Source: Vitrella brassicaformis CCMP3155 (Eukaryota > Protista > Chromerida). Taken from it: DNA of 64,000 nt. Positions within the stretch are counted from its first letter, which is position 1, and every line of letters begins with the position of its first letter. Shown here in pieces: positions 37,403 through 49,920 of the stretch. The notes beneath the pieces are model-generated. The model had not been told where the DNA came from, made no database searches, and worked only from the letters and a program-made list of their open reading frames with translations. Location: positions 169,605 through 233,604 of the forward strand of contig CDMY01000954.1 in the NCBI GenBank assembly GCA_001179505.1. Direction: 5' to 3'. A program made the position numbers and the translations under genes.

Positions 37403-39230
37403 ATGTCGACTGAGGCGTATGTGTGTGAGAAGGAGGGCGCTTTGCTCAAGAAGCAGACCATCGAGCTGCCCAAGCTTTTGCCGCACCAAGTTCGCGTCAA
37501 GGTGGGCAGACGGCAGAAGAGGCACAAGGACATCGATCAGTGGTCAGCCATTCAGTCAGCGGGTCTCTCGCGCATGGCAGATGACTCACTGTGGCCTCTG
37601 CCACACCGATTGTCACATGATGAAGAACGGTGCGTCGAGCGGCATATGCTTCAACAAGGGGGGGGGGACGATTCTCTCTCTCTCTCTCTCTCTCTCTGCG
37701 TATGTAATACCATGTATGTGTCTGTCTGCCCCCTCCCTCCCCGTCTGTAGATTGGGGCGCCTCGTGTTTCCCCATGGTGCCCGGCCACGAGGGCGTTGGC
37801 ACGGTCATCGAGGTCGGAGACATGGTCAAGACACACAAAGTTGGCGAACACGTCGGCATCGGCTGGATCCGCGCCTCATGTGTGTGGGCTTCTACAAAGA
37901 AACAAACACGCGACCAACCAGCCATCAAATGAACGACTGGTATGTGTCTCTATGAATGAATGGTGTGTGTGTGTGTGTGTGTGTGTGTATTTAGGCACAA
38001 CATGCGACAACTGTCTCAAAGGGTTCGACAACATCTGCCTGGCGGGATACCAGGGCACGTACCTCGGCAGCGCTGCCATGTACGGCTGTTTCGCCAAGGA
38101 GATGGTCATCGACGCCCGCTTCGCGTTCCCCATCCCGCCGGAGATCCCGCTGGCCTACGCCGCGCCCCTGCTGTGTGCCGGCATCACCGTGTACTCGCCG
38201 CTGAGAGACTACGCTGAGTGCGGCACACGCGTGGGAATCATCTCAGTTGGTGGATTGGGTCACCTGGCGATTCAGTTCGCCAAGGCCATGGGATGCGAGG
38301 TGGGTAGGTGGTGGGTGGGCGGCCGACATACGTCGAGTGACACCAAACACACGGAGGGAGAGGGAAAGCCAAACCATTGGGCCTGTGATGTGATGTGATG
38401 TGATGTGATGTGATGCGTATGTGCAGGTGACGGTGTTCAGCGGCTCGCCCAAGAAAGAGGATGAGTGCCGCAAGTTCGGAGCTCACAAGTTCGTCTGCAG
38501 CAAAGACCCAAAGGCGATGGAGGCGCAGGCCGGCACACTCGAGCTCATCCTCAACACATGCCCCAATCGACCCAACCGTGAGCACACCCATACCCATACC
38601 CATACCCATGCACGCAGCACCTCTTGTACGTCTGTCTCTGCATTTGTGCATTCATGTAGACGTATCTGAACATCCTGCGCCCGAACGGCATTTGGTGTAC
38701 ATGGGCATCGCGAGCAAGGACGCGCAGCCGATCCAGCTGCAGCACATGCCCCTCATCTTCCAGCAGAAAAAGGTGACGCCTTGCTGTATGTATGTATGTA
38801 TGTATTCGATCCACAAATCTTTCAATTCGTTATGGATGGATTTCCCTCTGCATGCCAGGTTGTCGGCAGCATCGTCGGAGGCGCCAGGTGGGGTGGGCGG
38901 CCGACATAGACATACACAGACACACAGGCTTGGCTGTCTTCCCTCCCTCCCCCTCCCTCCCTCCCTCCCAGATACTCCAACGAGATGATGCGTGTGGCCG
39001 CCACCCACAACATCAAGCCCGACATCGAGTGCGTACCCTTCGACAAAGTCAACGAGGCCTGCGACCGCCTGCTGGCCGGCGACCTGCAGGCCTACCGTCT
39101 GGTCCTGGTGCACGAGGGCGGTGAGGAGAAGGACGGCGAGCCTATTTTCACCAAGGCCCGGCGCAGCTTCGAGGTTGACGCCCAGTGGATGACCGACCAA
39201 CTCGCCAAGGGGGCCAAAGGAGGCGACTGA
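37403..39230 (+). CDS. Zn-dependent, probably NADP(H)-specific alcohol dehydrogenase (cinnamyl-ADH/YahK/Adh6-like)
   Basis: CGLCHTD, PMVPGHEGVG, structural Zn site CTTCDNCLKGFDNIC, APLLCAGITVYSPL, SVGGLGHLAIQFAKAMG, FSGSPKK (no acidic NAD-selecting residue). Confidence 0.95.
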
Positions 39231-39493
39231 CTCACTGAGACATCGTGGATGGATGGATGGATGGATTGCCAACCGGCAAGAGCTTGTTTCTTCTGGTTGT
39301 GTGCTGTCTTCTATCGCCTTGTGTCGTATTTGCTCATTCGTCTGTGTGTTCAAGAGAGGGAGGGACGGCGGGGGAGGGATGGGCAGAGTGAGAGTCGATT
39401 GGCCGTGGAGAAGTAACAGATAAGAGAGCGTAGTGTATTGTCGGAGTGCCCTTTGTTAGTGAGAAACAATGACAAGTCATGTCTCTGCCTGCA

Positions 39494-39592
39494 CTGTCAG
39501 TCTGTCTGTCAGTCTGTCTGTCAGTCTGTCAGTCAGTCTGTCAGTCTGTCAGTCTGTCAGTCTGTCAGTCTGTCAGTCTGTCAGTCTGTCTC
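39494..39592. repeat. Compound (CAGT/CTGT)n microsatellite
   Basis: About 100 bp of cagtctgt(ctgt) units. Confidence 0.9.
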
Positions 39593-39775
39593 TGTTTCTC
39601 CATCTGTTTCTCTCTCTGTCTGCCTTGCGTGTGTGGTCTTTTCCCATATGAAAAGGGCCACGCACAGGCAGGACCCATTTGGGGACACATGCAGACACTG
39701 TGTAAGACGAAACGAAGGGGGGACACACGGCAACAACGCATTAGTACGGCAAGTGAATGCTACAGAAGACCTTTC

Positions 39776-41928
39776 ATGCCGCTGCGCGTCTTTGCAAATT
39801 GCGAGCTTAGAAATCCGACGATCGGCAGCTTTTTGAAGCGCCTCGCTTTGTTCGGGGCGGCATTCTTAGAGCTCCTCGGTTGCCACGGCGCTGTGTCCTT
39901 TGCCAGTGATCTAACTACGTGAGCAGTGCAGGGGCCGCCTCCTGTGCTGCCATCCCTCTGCCGCGCGTCTACCGTCGTTGGATGAAGAGAGTGCCCGGTG
40001 AGCAACACAAACGACGCCCTGCTGCAGAAGGCTGTGCATGCGCAGTCGGCCATTCGCCTCATCATTCGTGTGGTTTGGTGGTGACACTGTGTGTGTCAGT
40101 CACCTTATCGAATCAGTTTGACGTGACAGAGCTGTTGAAGAAAGGCATCATCCATGGTGATAATGTTACCGAGAAGTACCACATCGCGAAGCTGCTTCAG
40201 GTACAGTGACCGACAACACACGACGGGGATCACGAGACGAGTGCATGTGTGTGTGTGTGTGGTCTTTGTGCAGAAGTACTGCCGTGTCAAGTTGCAAGTG
40301 AAGGTTGAAGAAGGCGTCACATGTGGCCTGCCTCTCAACTGGAGTGTGGTCGGCCGCGTGTGCAATGGCGAGGTGGTCGCGGCGGGGCCACGCTGGTGCG
40401 AACTCAGGCGAAAGGAGGCATCACCCAGCAGCGGCGGTGGCGGCGGCAACGATGCTGGGAGGCCCCAGGAGGTTGCCAGGAACGCCCGCATCGCCGGCAG
40501 CCTCGCGCCGCCCCGGCTGAGTGCGAAGTCGCCATGCAATAGCCTCGCCCTGGCTGAGGTGGATGAGCTGGTGTGCGCCCATCGGGTGATCGGTGCGACG
40601 TTCGAGAGCGATGCGCAGGACGAGCGCTGGACGGGCAAGGCGGTGTCGGCGCTGGTGAATGAGCTGCTGAGCACGTCCACAGCCGTGCTGGACCTGCCGG
40701 CCATCGATGTGGCCCTCATCGACGGCACATGGTGAGGAGGGAGGGAGGGAGGCCCAGAGGATATCCATGCATCCCTCTCCACCTTTGTGTTGTCCATGAG
40801 TGTGTGTGTAGGTATGCGCTCAGCAGTCGTCGTCTGGTGGCCTTGCAGATGTTCAAATTCAAGCTGAAGGGTATCCTGGCGGCCGACGACACATCGGGCT
40901 GCCGCGATTGGTTCGCCCGCACATACCCCAACGGAAAGGTGAGCGGTGAGGAAGGACACCACAACATACAACAAACACATGACGATCGCCTCTTAGACAC
41001 GCCTTTTGCCCTCTTACCTGGATACAGGTGTTTTGCCGTGTGGTTCCCCGCCATGCCCCGCAGCTGCCCAGTCGCGGCTCTGTGCTCCGGCCGCCGACCA
41101 ACGCGGGCAGCATTCGGGACGAGAAGCTCCGCCTGGGGGGGCTGGGGCGGCTGACAGGGGGAGGGGGGACGCGACTGGGGATCATGATGCGACGCTTTGC
41201 CATGCGAAAACGAACACTGAATAGTGGTAAGATGACGATGCAAGCAGAACGGCGCGACAGTCGCTGACAAAAAATCCGTCCCTGTGTGTGTGTGTGTGTG
41301 TGTGTGTGTCTTACGTGTGTGTGCAGGCGGCCGTTGTTTGCTGCATCCTGCGTTTGCGGCGATGTCGAAGAAGAAGCGCGCTGGCAAGGACAGCGTGAAG
41401 GCGGACAAGAAGGAGAGTGCTGGTCACGATGGGGACGGTGATGGTGTCAAGGAGGGCTCGCATGACGATACGGTGGTGCTGCACTCGCCTAACGACATGG
41501 TATGGATCTGGAGCAACCGAACTGGTCAGCGGAGCGGCAGGCAACAGACGGCTGCCTGCGTCCATGCGGGTGGACCCATGTGTGTGTGTGTGTGTGTGTG
41601 TCAGGTGTGTTGTCTCGTGTGGATGGTGAGGAGGCTGCATCGCTGCTGAGTCAGGCAAAGGGAGGGATCCGCCACATGGGCAAGAGGCGACGACCTGTGG
41701 AAAGTGAGAAGGGGACGAAGAGGCAGGAGGGCATTGGCAAGCAAGACCGGATGAGCTCATCACTTGGCTGTGTGTGCAGGTGCGTACACGAGGGCTGAGT
41801 TGGCGAGGTCGGCGGATGCGTCCTATGTGGACGGCTCCATTGCTCGCAGCCGCGCCGTCACGCAGGCCATCGAGCGCGCCTCACACAAGATCGCCAATGC
41901 CGCAAAGGCCGACGTCAACGTAGAGTAG
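39776..41928 (+). CDS. Multi-exon hypothetical protein
   Basis: Exon-like blocks bounded by GT/AG: MPLRVFANCELRN..., FDVTELLKKGIIHGDNVTEKYHIAKLLQ, KYCRVKLQVKVEEG...LDLPAIDVALIDG, MFKFKLKGILAADDTSGCRDWF, basic KKKRAGK tail. No family recognised. Confidence 0.55.
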
Positions 41929-44354
41929 CCATTCATTCGACCAATGGAGCGAGCCATGCAGAAGGAAGGAAGACTGTTTAGCCAAGAGAGTTGCGTAGTA
42001 CTACGCGTGCATGTGGAGGGTGGCTCTGTGACTGTCTGCCGTGAGTGGATGGTTTTGTCTGTCTGGCTGGCTGCCTTGTAGAATAACAGCTGCTGCTTGT
42101 CAGTCAGTGGTTCTGTTTGCCCTCGTGTGCCGTTTTGTGGGTGAGGAGAGGCCGATGCATGTGCTGTGTGCGGCGTGGCTGACTGAGAGATGAGGGAGAG
42201 ACAAAACTATGCAAAAAGCATGAACGTCTCAGGTGCATGACATGACCGGTATCATTGACTTGGCATTGGGTTGACAACTAACGGCGCTGAGCCGCACACA
42301 TCGCATTCACAACCCCACCCCCTCGTCCATGGCTGTGAGGGATCCCATCTCAGATGTCATTGTCTGTGGTAGTGTACACCGGCCATCAGACACACCCGTC
42401 CGTATGCATATCATCCGCCTCGCTCTCACAATCCGCCACCATTGCAATCGCGCACACGCCACTCGCACACAGCCACTTTGCAACAGACAGACAGACAGCT
42501 GTGGCCAACCAACCGAAGAAGCGCAAGGACGGACGGACGGACACCCAGACAGACAGACAGACAGCCCAAAACAGACGGACAGCCAGCCAGCCGGGCTGGT
42601 GGGCGGGAAGGGGTAGCGACAGACGTCCACCCACCACGGTGAGAGAGAGAGGGAGCGGGCGTCCTCCCGTAGAACATACGTAGACATGTGCTTACAGGAG
42701 TACGCCCCTTTTATGTAGATATGTACGTATGTGTGCCTGCGACTCTCTCTCCCTCTCGGGTGGCCGTCTAGCTAATCTCCCCACACACACTTGTTTGTCG
42801 CCCACCATGCCCAAAACAACACACACACACACACACACAGGCCCAAAAAGAAGACCGACCGAACACCCACCCCCTCACACACACGGCCAGGCGTAGGCAC
42901 AGAGACAGACAGACAGACAGACAGGTCCACCACCAATGTGAGTGAGAGAGCGGGCACTCTCCCGCCTGCGCATGACATACACACGTATGTATATGCAGAC
43001 ATGTACAGACAGGAGTACGCCCCCAAGCTGTTCTCGCCTCAGATCGCTCGCATCCTCCGCTCAGTCCCAGCCCTCTCACTCACATACAATAGGTGTTCTC
43101 CCAAAAAGGAGGGAGTACACCNNNNNNNNNNNNNNNNNNNNNNNNNNNNNNNNNNNNNNNNNNNNNNNNNNNNNNNNNNNNNNNNNNNNNNNNNNNNNNN
43201 NNNNNNNNNNNNNNNNNNNNNNNNNNNNNNNNNNNNNNNNNNNNNNNNNNNNNNNNNNNNNNNNNNNNNNNNNNNNNNNNNNNNNNNNNNNNNNNNNNNN
43301 NNNNNNNNNNNNNNNNNNNNNNNNNNNNNNNNNNNNNNNNNNNNNNNNNNNNNNNNNNNNNNNNNNNNNNNNNNNNNNNNNNNNNNNNNNNNNNNNNNNN
43401 NNNNNNNNNNNNNNNNNNNNNGGCAGGCAGGCAGGCAGGCAGGCAGGCAGAAAGAGGGAGGGAGGGCGAGAGTAACACAGAGAGATGAGTGAGGTGGGTG
43501 CTTGTTCGTCGATCGGGCAGCTCACGATGCCACGCGATTGGGTGCGCTTCTCGTGAGCCGCTGAATGACCGAGAACCCGCATGCAGTCTGCCGCCACATA
43601 TATTCGTCCCTTTGCTGTCTTTTCCTTGTCTTTCCTGCAGGGAGGGCCCTGCCGGCCCCTCCGTCCAGTCCACTCGCTGGGTGGCATGAATTCAGTCAGC
43701 TACTCCTCCACTCACTCCTTCCTGCCTCCCGCCCTCCTGTGTGTTGTGTCTGCCTGGCTTTGCGTGTGTGGGTGCCTGCCTGTCGTGGGAGGTCAAAACA
43801 AACAGGCACAGAGAGAGAGAGAGAGGGTCGTGTCATCTTGTGGCTACAGTGGGTCGGTCCTGGATGGATGGATGGATGGGTGGCGGCGGTGAGTCATTTG
43901 CCCGGCAGGCAGACAGACAGACATTTGCACGCCATACAGACATACATGCAGGCAGGCAGAAGGACGAGCCTCCATTCCCCCCTCCCAGCCCCTCTCTGTG
44001 TTTCTCTTTCCGTGTGGTTGGTGTGAGTTGGTCACGGGGGCGGGTGGGCTGTGGGGATGGGGGAAGAATCAGCCAACCAGCCAGCCACTCAGACAGACAG
44101 ACAGACGAGCACTTTCGCGCCAACATTTCATTCCATTGCATCTCACTCTCACAGACAGACAGCCAGCCAGACAGACAGACGGACAGACAGACAGCCAGGC
44201 CGACGGACGTTACGTTGGCAGCTTAGCTACCCGTATGCATCGATCGCATCCATCTGCACACCAACACAACACAACACAAGACAGTGTTGGCTGGGGGCGT
44301 TGGCTCACTCACATCGTGTGGAGGTATGTGTGTGTGTGTTTCTGGGTGGGGCAA

Positions 44355-46625
44355 TCAGTCGTAGAAGGCCGAAGCGAACTTGTAGTTGGCCGGCGTCGAC
44401 CACTTGGCAATGCAGGCGTCCTGCTTGCCCTGCAGGACAGGACACACAGAGGGGCATACACAGAGGGGCAGTGGGGCCATCCATCCATCAACTCATTCAG
44501 TCATTGGAGGTGTTGTGTGGGGTGTTGCGTACGATGGCTATGTGCGGCCTGTTCAGAGATCGGAGGAGCCTGCTCATCTCCTTGTAGCAGGGCATCAGCT
44601 GAGACTTCTGCAGCCCCGTCACACGCTTCAACGCCTCCGTCTGCACACACAAGAAAGAGGAAGGCACGGTAGACAGCACAGCCGCACACACACACATGTG
44701 TCAGGACTGTGTGTCGGTTAATGTGTGGCCCCCCTCCCATCGCCTCACTCACTGACCCAGCTGTCCTCTCCGTGTCGGGGCTGGCCCTCCATGAGCAGCC
44801 ACATCTTGCGGGTCGTGTACACCGCCGCAGCCTGACAAAGGGATAAAGGGATGGATGGATGGATGGATGGATGTCGCTTGTGTGCGGCTCAAGTGGGCTG
44901 ACATACCGAGATGATGTTGGATTTGTATTGAGAGAATGTGTAGTCCGTCAACGCCAACTCCTGCACACACAGAGAGAGAGAGACCCCATGGCAGGTACGT
45001 AAGATGCACACACCACTGTGACCCGTCCATCCATCCATCCATCCGTCTGTATGTCCGTCTGTCTGTCTGTCTGTCTGTGTGCGTGTAAACCGTGTTTAAG
45101 CACCGCACCTGGAGGAACTGCACGAATGCGTGGTCCTTAGTGTCCGGAGGGATGCCGCCGGCCTTGGCGAACCGGTCGCTGAACGCACAGTAGGTTGAGC
45201 TCGGCAACTCCATCCCGGTCGTCCTAAACACCACACAACACACAACACACACATACGTTGGTTGAATAATGGGAGAGACGGGGACAAAGGGCTGGCTCTT
45301 CCCACGTGTGTGGATTTGATGTGTGTGTATCCACTTGACTTACATGAGGATGTGCTGTTCGATCCTGAGGAAGTCGACGCGAGTGTAGGTGCGGTCCCCC
45401 TTGTCCATGGGCACCTCGTTCATGAGTGTGACGAGGTCGTTGATGACCACCGGCTCACGCTCCTCGTACTTGGACGCTATCAGCAAACACGTGTAACCCA
45501 CCTGGTGGCAGCAAATAAGTGGATGGATGACACAACACATAAACAACACCCATATGTTATGTGTGTGTGAGTGATTGTGCGTTGTGTGAGTGAGTGCGGT
45601 GTGTGTATGGTCGTACTTACCGCCACGAGGTTGTGGTGGAACAAATTCTCTCCCTTGGTCCACACTGATTGACACCAATGACACACACACACACCAGGCC
45701 GCCAATTAAGACAGACGTGTGTGGCTATGTGCGGTGAGTGACTGTGGTGCGGTGTGTCATTTGTGTGGTCAGTATGGCTCCCTCACTCCACTCACGTGTG
45801 TGTATGTAGTAGTCGAGGAGCCGCACCGCCAGCGGCAGGGCCTCCTTCCACACACACATGCGGCTGCAGCCGTCCAAGATGCGATCCACAACGTAGCCGC
45901 GCAACTCCTTGAAGGCGTCGCCGCAGTTGCTCAGAAAGTCCACAGACAAGGCATACTTGTCCTGTTGAGTTGACAGACACCACCCACATGACATGAATGA
46001 CCACACCCATCTCTCCCTCTATGCTAAACCCGCCCTCTCCCTCTTTCTTTTCGCTGACTTACGCCTTGTCCGTGTGCGAGGTTGAGGGACGGGTACTGGG
46101 ACATCATGTGGCCGTCCTGCATCTCCTGGTTGGTGAGGTCGGGCGATAGGGACTTGAGCCGGGCTGCCCCATTGCCCAGCGCCAGGTCACGGTCCTTGGC
46201 GTTGAGCTGCTGCAACTCCTTGAGCTCCTTCTGGGCCTGCTCCTGCAGCTGCTGCCGCAGCTCCTTGGCGACCCGACTTGCCTGACGCTCTGAGTCGATG
46301 CCCGGCTGCAGAAACTCATCGCTCCCGCGGCCGCTTCGCAACTGGTAACGGGACTTGCGCGGCTCCTGATATGCATACATGCATCTTCCGTATGGCCCTG
46401 CTGTCTGCCCGCCATCCCGTTTCTTTCTTTTGACGCCTGGCTGGCTTCTCCCTCTCAGCGGTGCATACCTTGGCTTTGGAGTAGGGACCCGTCGGCCCTG
46501 AGCCACCGCGTTTGTTCGAATTCGAATCCTGCAGTGCCAACACACACACACACACACACGCATGTGTCAATGCCCGCATGCATTCACGTCCTGCTGCCCC
46601 TTTCATACCTCCTTACCTTGGGCAT
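44355..46625 (-). CDS. Divergent A/B-type cyclin, copy 1
   Basis: MPK|DSN... start. Cyclin box ELRGYVVDRILDGCSRM..EALPLAVRLLDYY, VGYTCLLIASKYEERE, TYTRVDFLRIEQHILM. Cyclin-C ELALTDYTFSQYKSNIIS..AAVY, EALKRVTG..QLMPCYKEM. Ends ANYKFASAFYD*. Confidence 0.85.
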
Positions 46626-49036
46626 CCTATCCCGAGGAGAATGATCAATGTGACAATTCAACGTCAAGTCTTCGACAACTCTCAACAGGTACGGACGTAC
46701 GGCTACGTCCGTCCACTGGTCCAACTCTCAACACGCGCCTTTTCTTTTTCCTCCCCTCTCTCACATGTGAGGAAGCAGTTTCACGGAAGGAATGGGATCC
46801 ACTCATCCTGTCCATTGCCATGAGATGCGCTGCTGCCCATCCTGCACCTTGATGTGTCCATAATCTGTCCATGATCTGTCGATGATCTCTGTTGGCACCG
46901 ACAAGGTGAGTGAAACGCGGTGCGTTTCGCCGTACATCCATGCATGCTAAGCCCGCAGGCAGCGTTTCAGGGACGCGAACTTCCATTGAAGCGTCCACCA
47001 TGTGTGTGACAACACGATCCCGCCGGTGGAAGGATTACGCCTTTGTGGAGATCTACGACTATGAGCGCCTGCAGCCAGACAGCGGATCAATTACTACTGT
47101 CAAGGGACTCCCATGCAGGTGAGGACTCATGTACCAACAAGCGCCTGACTGCTGCAACCTTCTCTTCTGTCTTGTCCAGATCCGCGTGGGGACGGACATG
47201 TTGGCCCTGCAGACGTACGTATCTTCGCTGCGTCACCGACGAGGGCCTGCCATTCCGACCGGGGGAGGCCGCGCTTGAGTGTGTTCAGTGAGTGTGTTCA
47301 GTGAGTGTATGCCAAGCACCGCCGGCCACCAGACACCGGCCCCATCATTTGCGACAGAGGCCAGGACAGAGGCGTCAGCTATGGCAGCTATTTGGTGGTT
47401 CCGATCACGACACGCAACGAGTGGTTCCGCAGCTGGAGGCCACATGCGCCGAGAGGATCGTTGCTGTCCTCTCCAAGGCCATCTCTACCCTGCTGACGCC
47501 CGACGTGAAAAGCCGCCGACGTATCTAAGTGGCCTCGTGCATCACTGGCAGTTTTGATGTCCTGTTCTGGCGACGAGTGAGTGGCGGCAGGAGATCGAGT
47601 GGGAGCGTGCATGTGTGTGTGGGGAAACGAACGCACCGCATGAGGGGGTGTGGTGTGTAGTCGAGCGAGACGGTCTGTGGTCACTCAATCATCGGCGGAT
47701 GGGTGGGTGGGTGTGAATAATGACTGTATGACATACATACACGCAGGGGACTCTTTTGTTTTGTATATATTCATCCAAGCAGCACTTGATCGGTCTGTCG
47801 AAGCGTCTCATCTGTATGTATATGCATCCACACACACACACACACAGCCAGCCAGCCAGCCAGCCAGCCAACCGAAGAAGCGCAAGGACGGACGGACAGA
47901 CGGACGGACGGACACCCAGACAGACAGACAGACAGCCCAAAACAGACGGACAGCCAGCCAGCCGGGCTGGTGGGCGGGAAGTGGTAGCGACAGACGTCCA
48001 CCCACCACGGTGAGAGAGAGAGGGAGCGGGCGTCCTCCCGTAGAACATACGTAGACATGTGCTTACAGGAGTACGCCCCTCTTGTGTAGATATGTACGTA
48101 TGTGTCCGTACGAGTGCCTGCGACTCTCTCTCCCTCTCGGGTGGCCGTCTAGCTAATCCCACCCACACACACTTGTTTGTCGCCCACCATGCCCAAAACA
48201 ACACACACACACACACACACACACAGAGGCCCAAAAAGAAGACCGACCGAACACCCACCCCCTCACACACACGGCCAGGCGCAGGCACAGAGACAGACAG
48301 ACAGACAGACAGACAGGTCCACCACCAATGTGAGTGAGAGAGCGGGCATTCTCCCGCCTGCGCATGACATACACACGTATGTATATGCAGACATGTACAG
48401 ACAGGAGTACGCCCCCAAGCTGTTCTCGCCTCAGATCGCTCGCATCCTCCGCTCAGTCCCAGCCCTCTCACTCACATACAATAGGTGTTCTCCCAAAAAG
48501 GAGGGAGTACACCCATGGCCGTCTCCCTTCCACAACAAAAGGAAACACAAACCCACACAGACCGAAATTAAACTAAGACAATAGCCGACCGAAAAACACG
48601 ACAGACAGACAGACAGACAGACCGTTCCCCTCACATACATACATAAATCCATCGACACGGACGAAAACAGCGGACAGTAAAACGGCCGGGTACTCGACTC
48701 ACTCACTACACGAACGACAGACATAAATCACAGACAGACAGACGGACAAAGAAAGAAAGGCCATCGACAAATCGATCAATCGGTCAGCCAGCCAGCGATT
48801 GGCAGCACACACAGCACACACATGACAATTAAGATCATAAATGAATGTGTGCAGACAGACGGACGGACACCAACCGCACACACGTCACTCACTGAATTAA
48901 CAAGCACTTGAACTCATCCATCAGCCGAGACAGACAGACAGACGGACAGACAGACAGCTGTGTGTGTCGACACGCACGGCACACAATGGGCACTCACCAG
49001 ACAAACGCGGCATGCACCGCCATCAACCAACTCCGG

Positions 49037-49067
<31 letters not shown>

Positions 49068-49920
49068 AAAGAGGGAGGGAGGGCGAGAGTAACACAGAGA
49101 GATGAGTGAGGTGGGTGCTTGTTCGTCGATCGGGCAGCTCACGATGCCACGCGATTGGGTGCGCTTCTCGTGAGCCGCTGAATGACCGAGAACCCGCATG
49201 CAGTCTGCCGCCACATATATTCGTCCCTTTGCTGTCTTTTCCTTGTCTTTCCTGCAGGGAGGGCCCTGCCGGCCCCTCCGTCCAGTCCACTCGCTGGGTG
49301 GCATGAATTCAGTCAGCTACTCCTCCACTCACTCCTTCCTGCCTCCCGCCCTCCTGTGTGTTGTGTCTGCCTGGCTTTGCGTGTGTGGGTGCCTGCCTGT
49401 CGTGGGAGGTCAAAACAAACAGGCACAGAGAGAGAGAGAGAGGGTCGTGTCATCTTGTGGCTACAGTGGGTCGGTCCTGGATGGATGGATGGGTGGCGGC
49501 GGTGAGTCATTTGCCCAGCAGTCAGACAGACATACATACAGACATTTGCACGCCATACAGACAGACATACATGCAGGCAGGCAGAAGGACGAGCCTCCAT
49601 TCCTCCCTCCCAGCCCCTCTCTGTGTGTCTCTGTGTGTGTGTGGTTGGCTTGAGTTGGTCACGGGGGCGGGTGGGCTGTGGGGGTGGGGGAAGAATCAGC
49701 CAACCAACCAGCCAGCCAGCCAGACAGACGGACAGACGGACGTTGGCAGCTTAGCTACCCGTATGTATCTATCGCATCCATCTGCACGCGGCACAACACA
49801 ACACAACACAAGACGGTGTGAGTGTGTGGGCCAGGCGGGGGGGCGGTGGCCTGGGGTGGGGGGCGTTGGCTCACTCACATGGTGTGGAGGTATGTGTATG
49901 TGTGTTTATGGGTGGGGCAA

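Larger units (their letters stand above)
50..43421. other. Four scaffold gaps of exactly 300 N (50-349, 1803-2102, 16124-16423, 43122-43421)
   Basis: Identical lengths indicate placeholder gap sizes rather than measured ones. Confidence 0.95.

Noticed and set aside
39494-39592. Regularly spaced repeat as a possible CRISPR array
   Set aside because: A pure 4-8-nt microsatellite with no unique spacers, in a eukaryotic context.
39776-41928. Resemblance of part of the hypothetical protein to the Pop1 (RNase P/MRP) C-terminus
   Set aside because: Only a vague impression; no diagnostic motif found.
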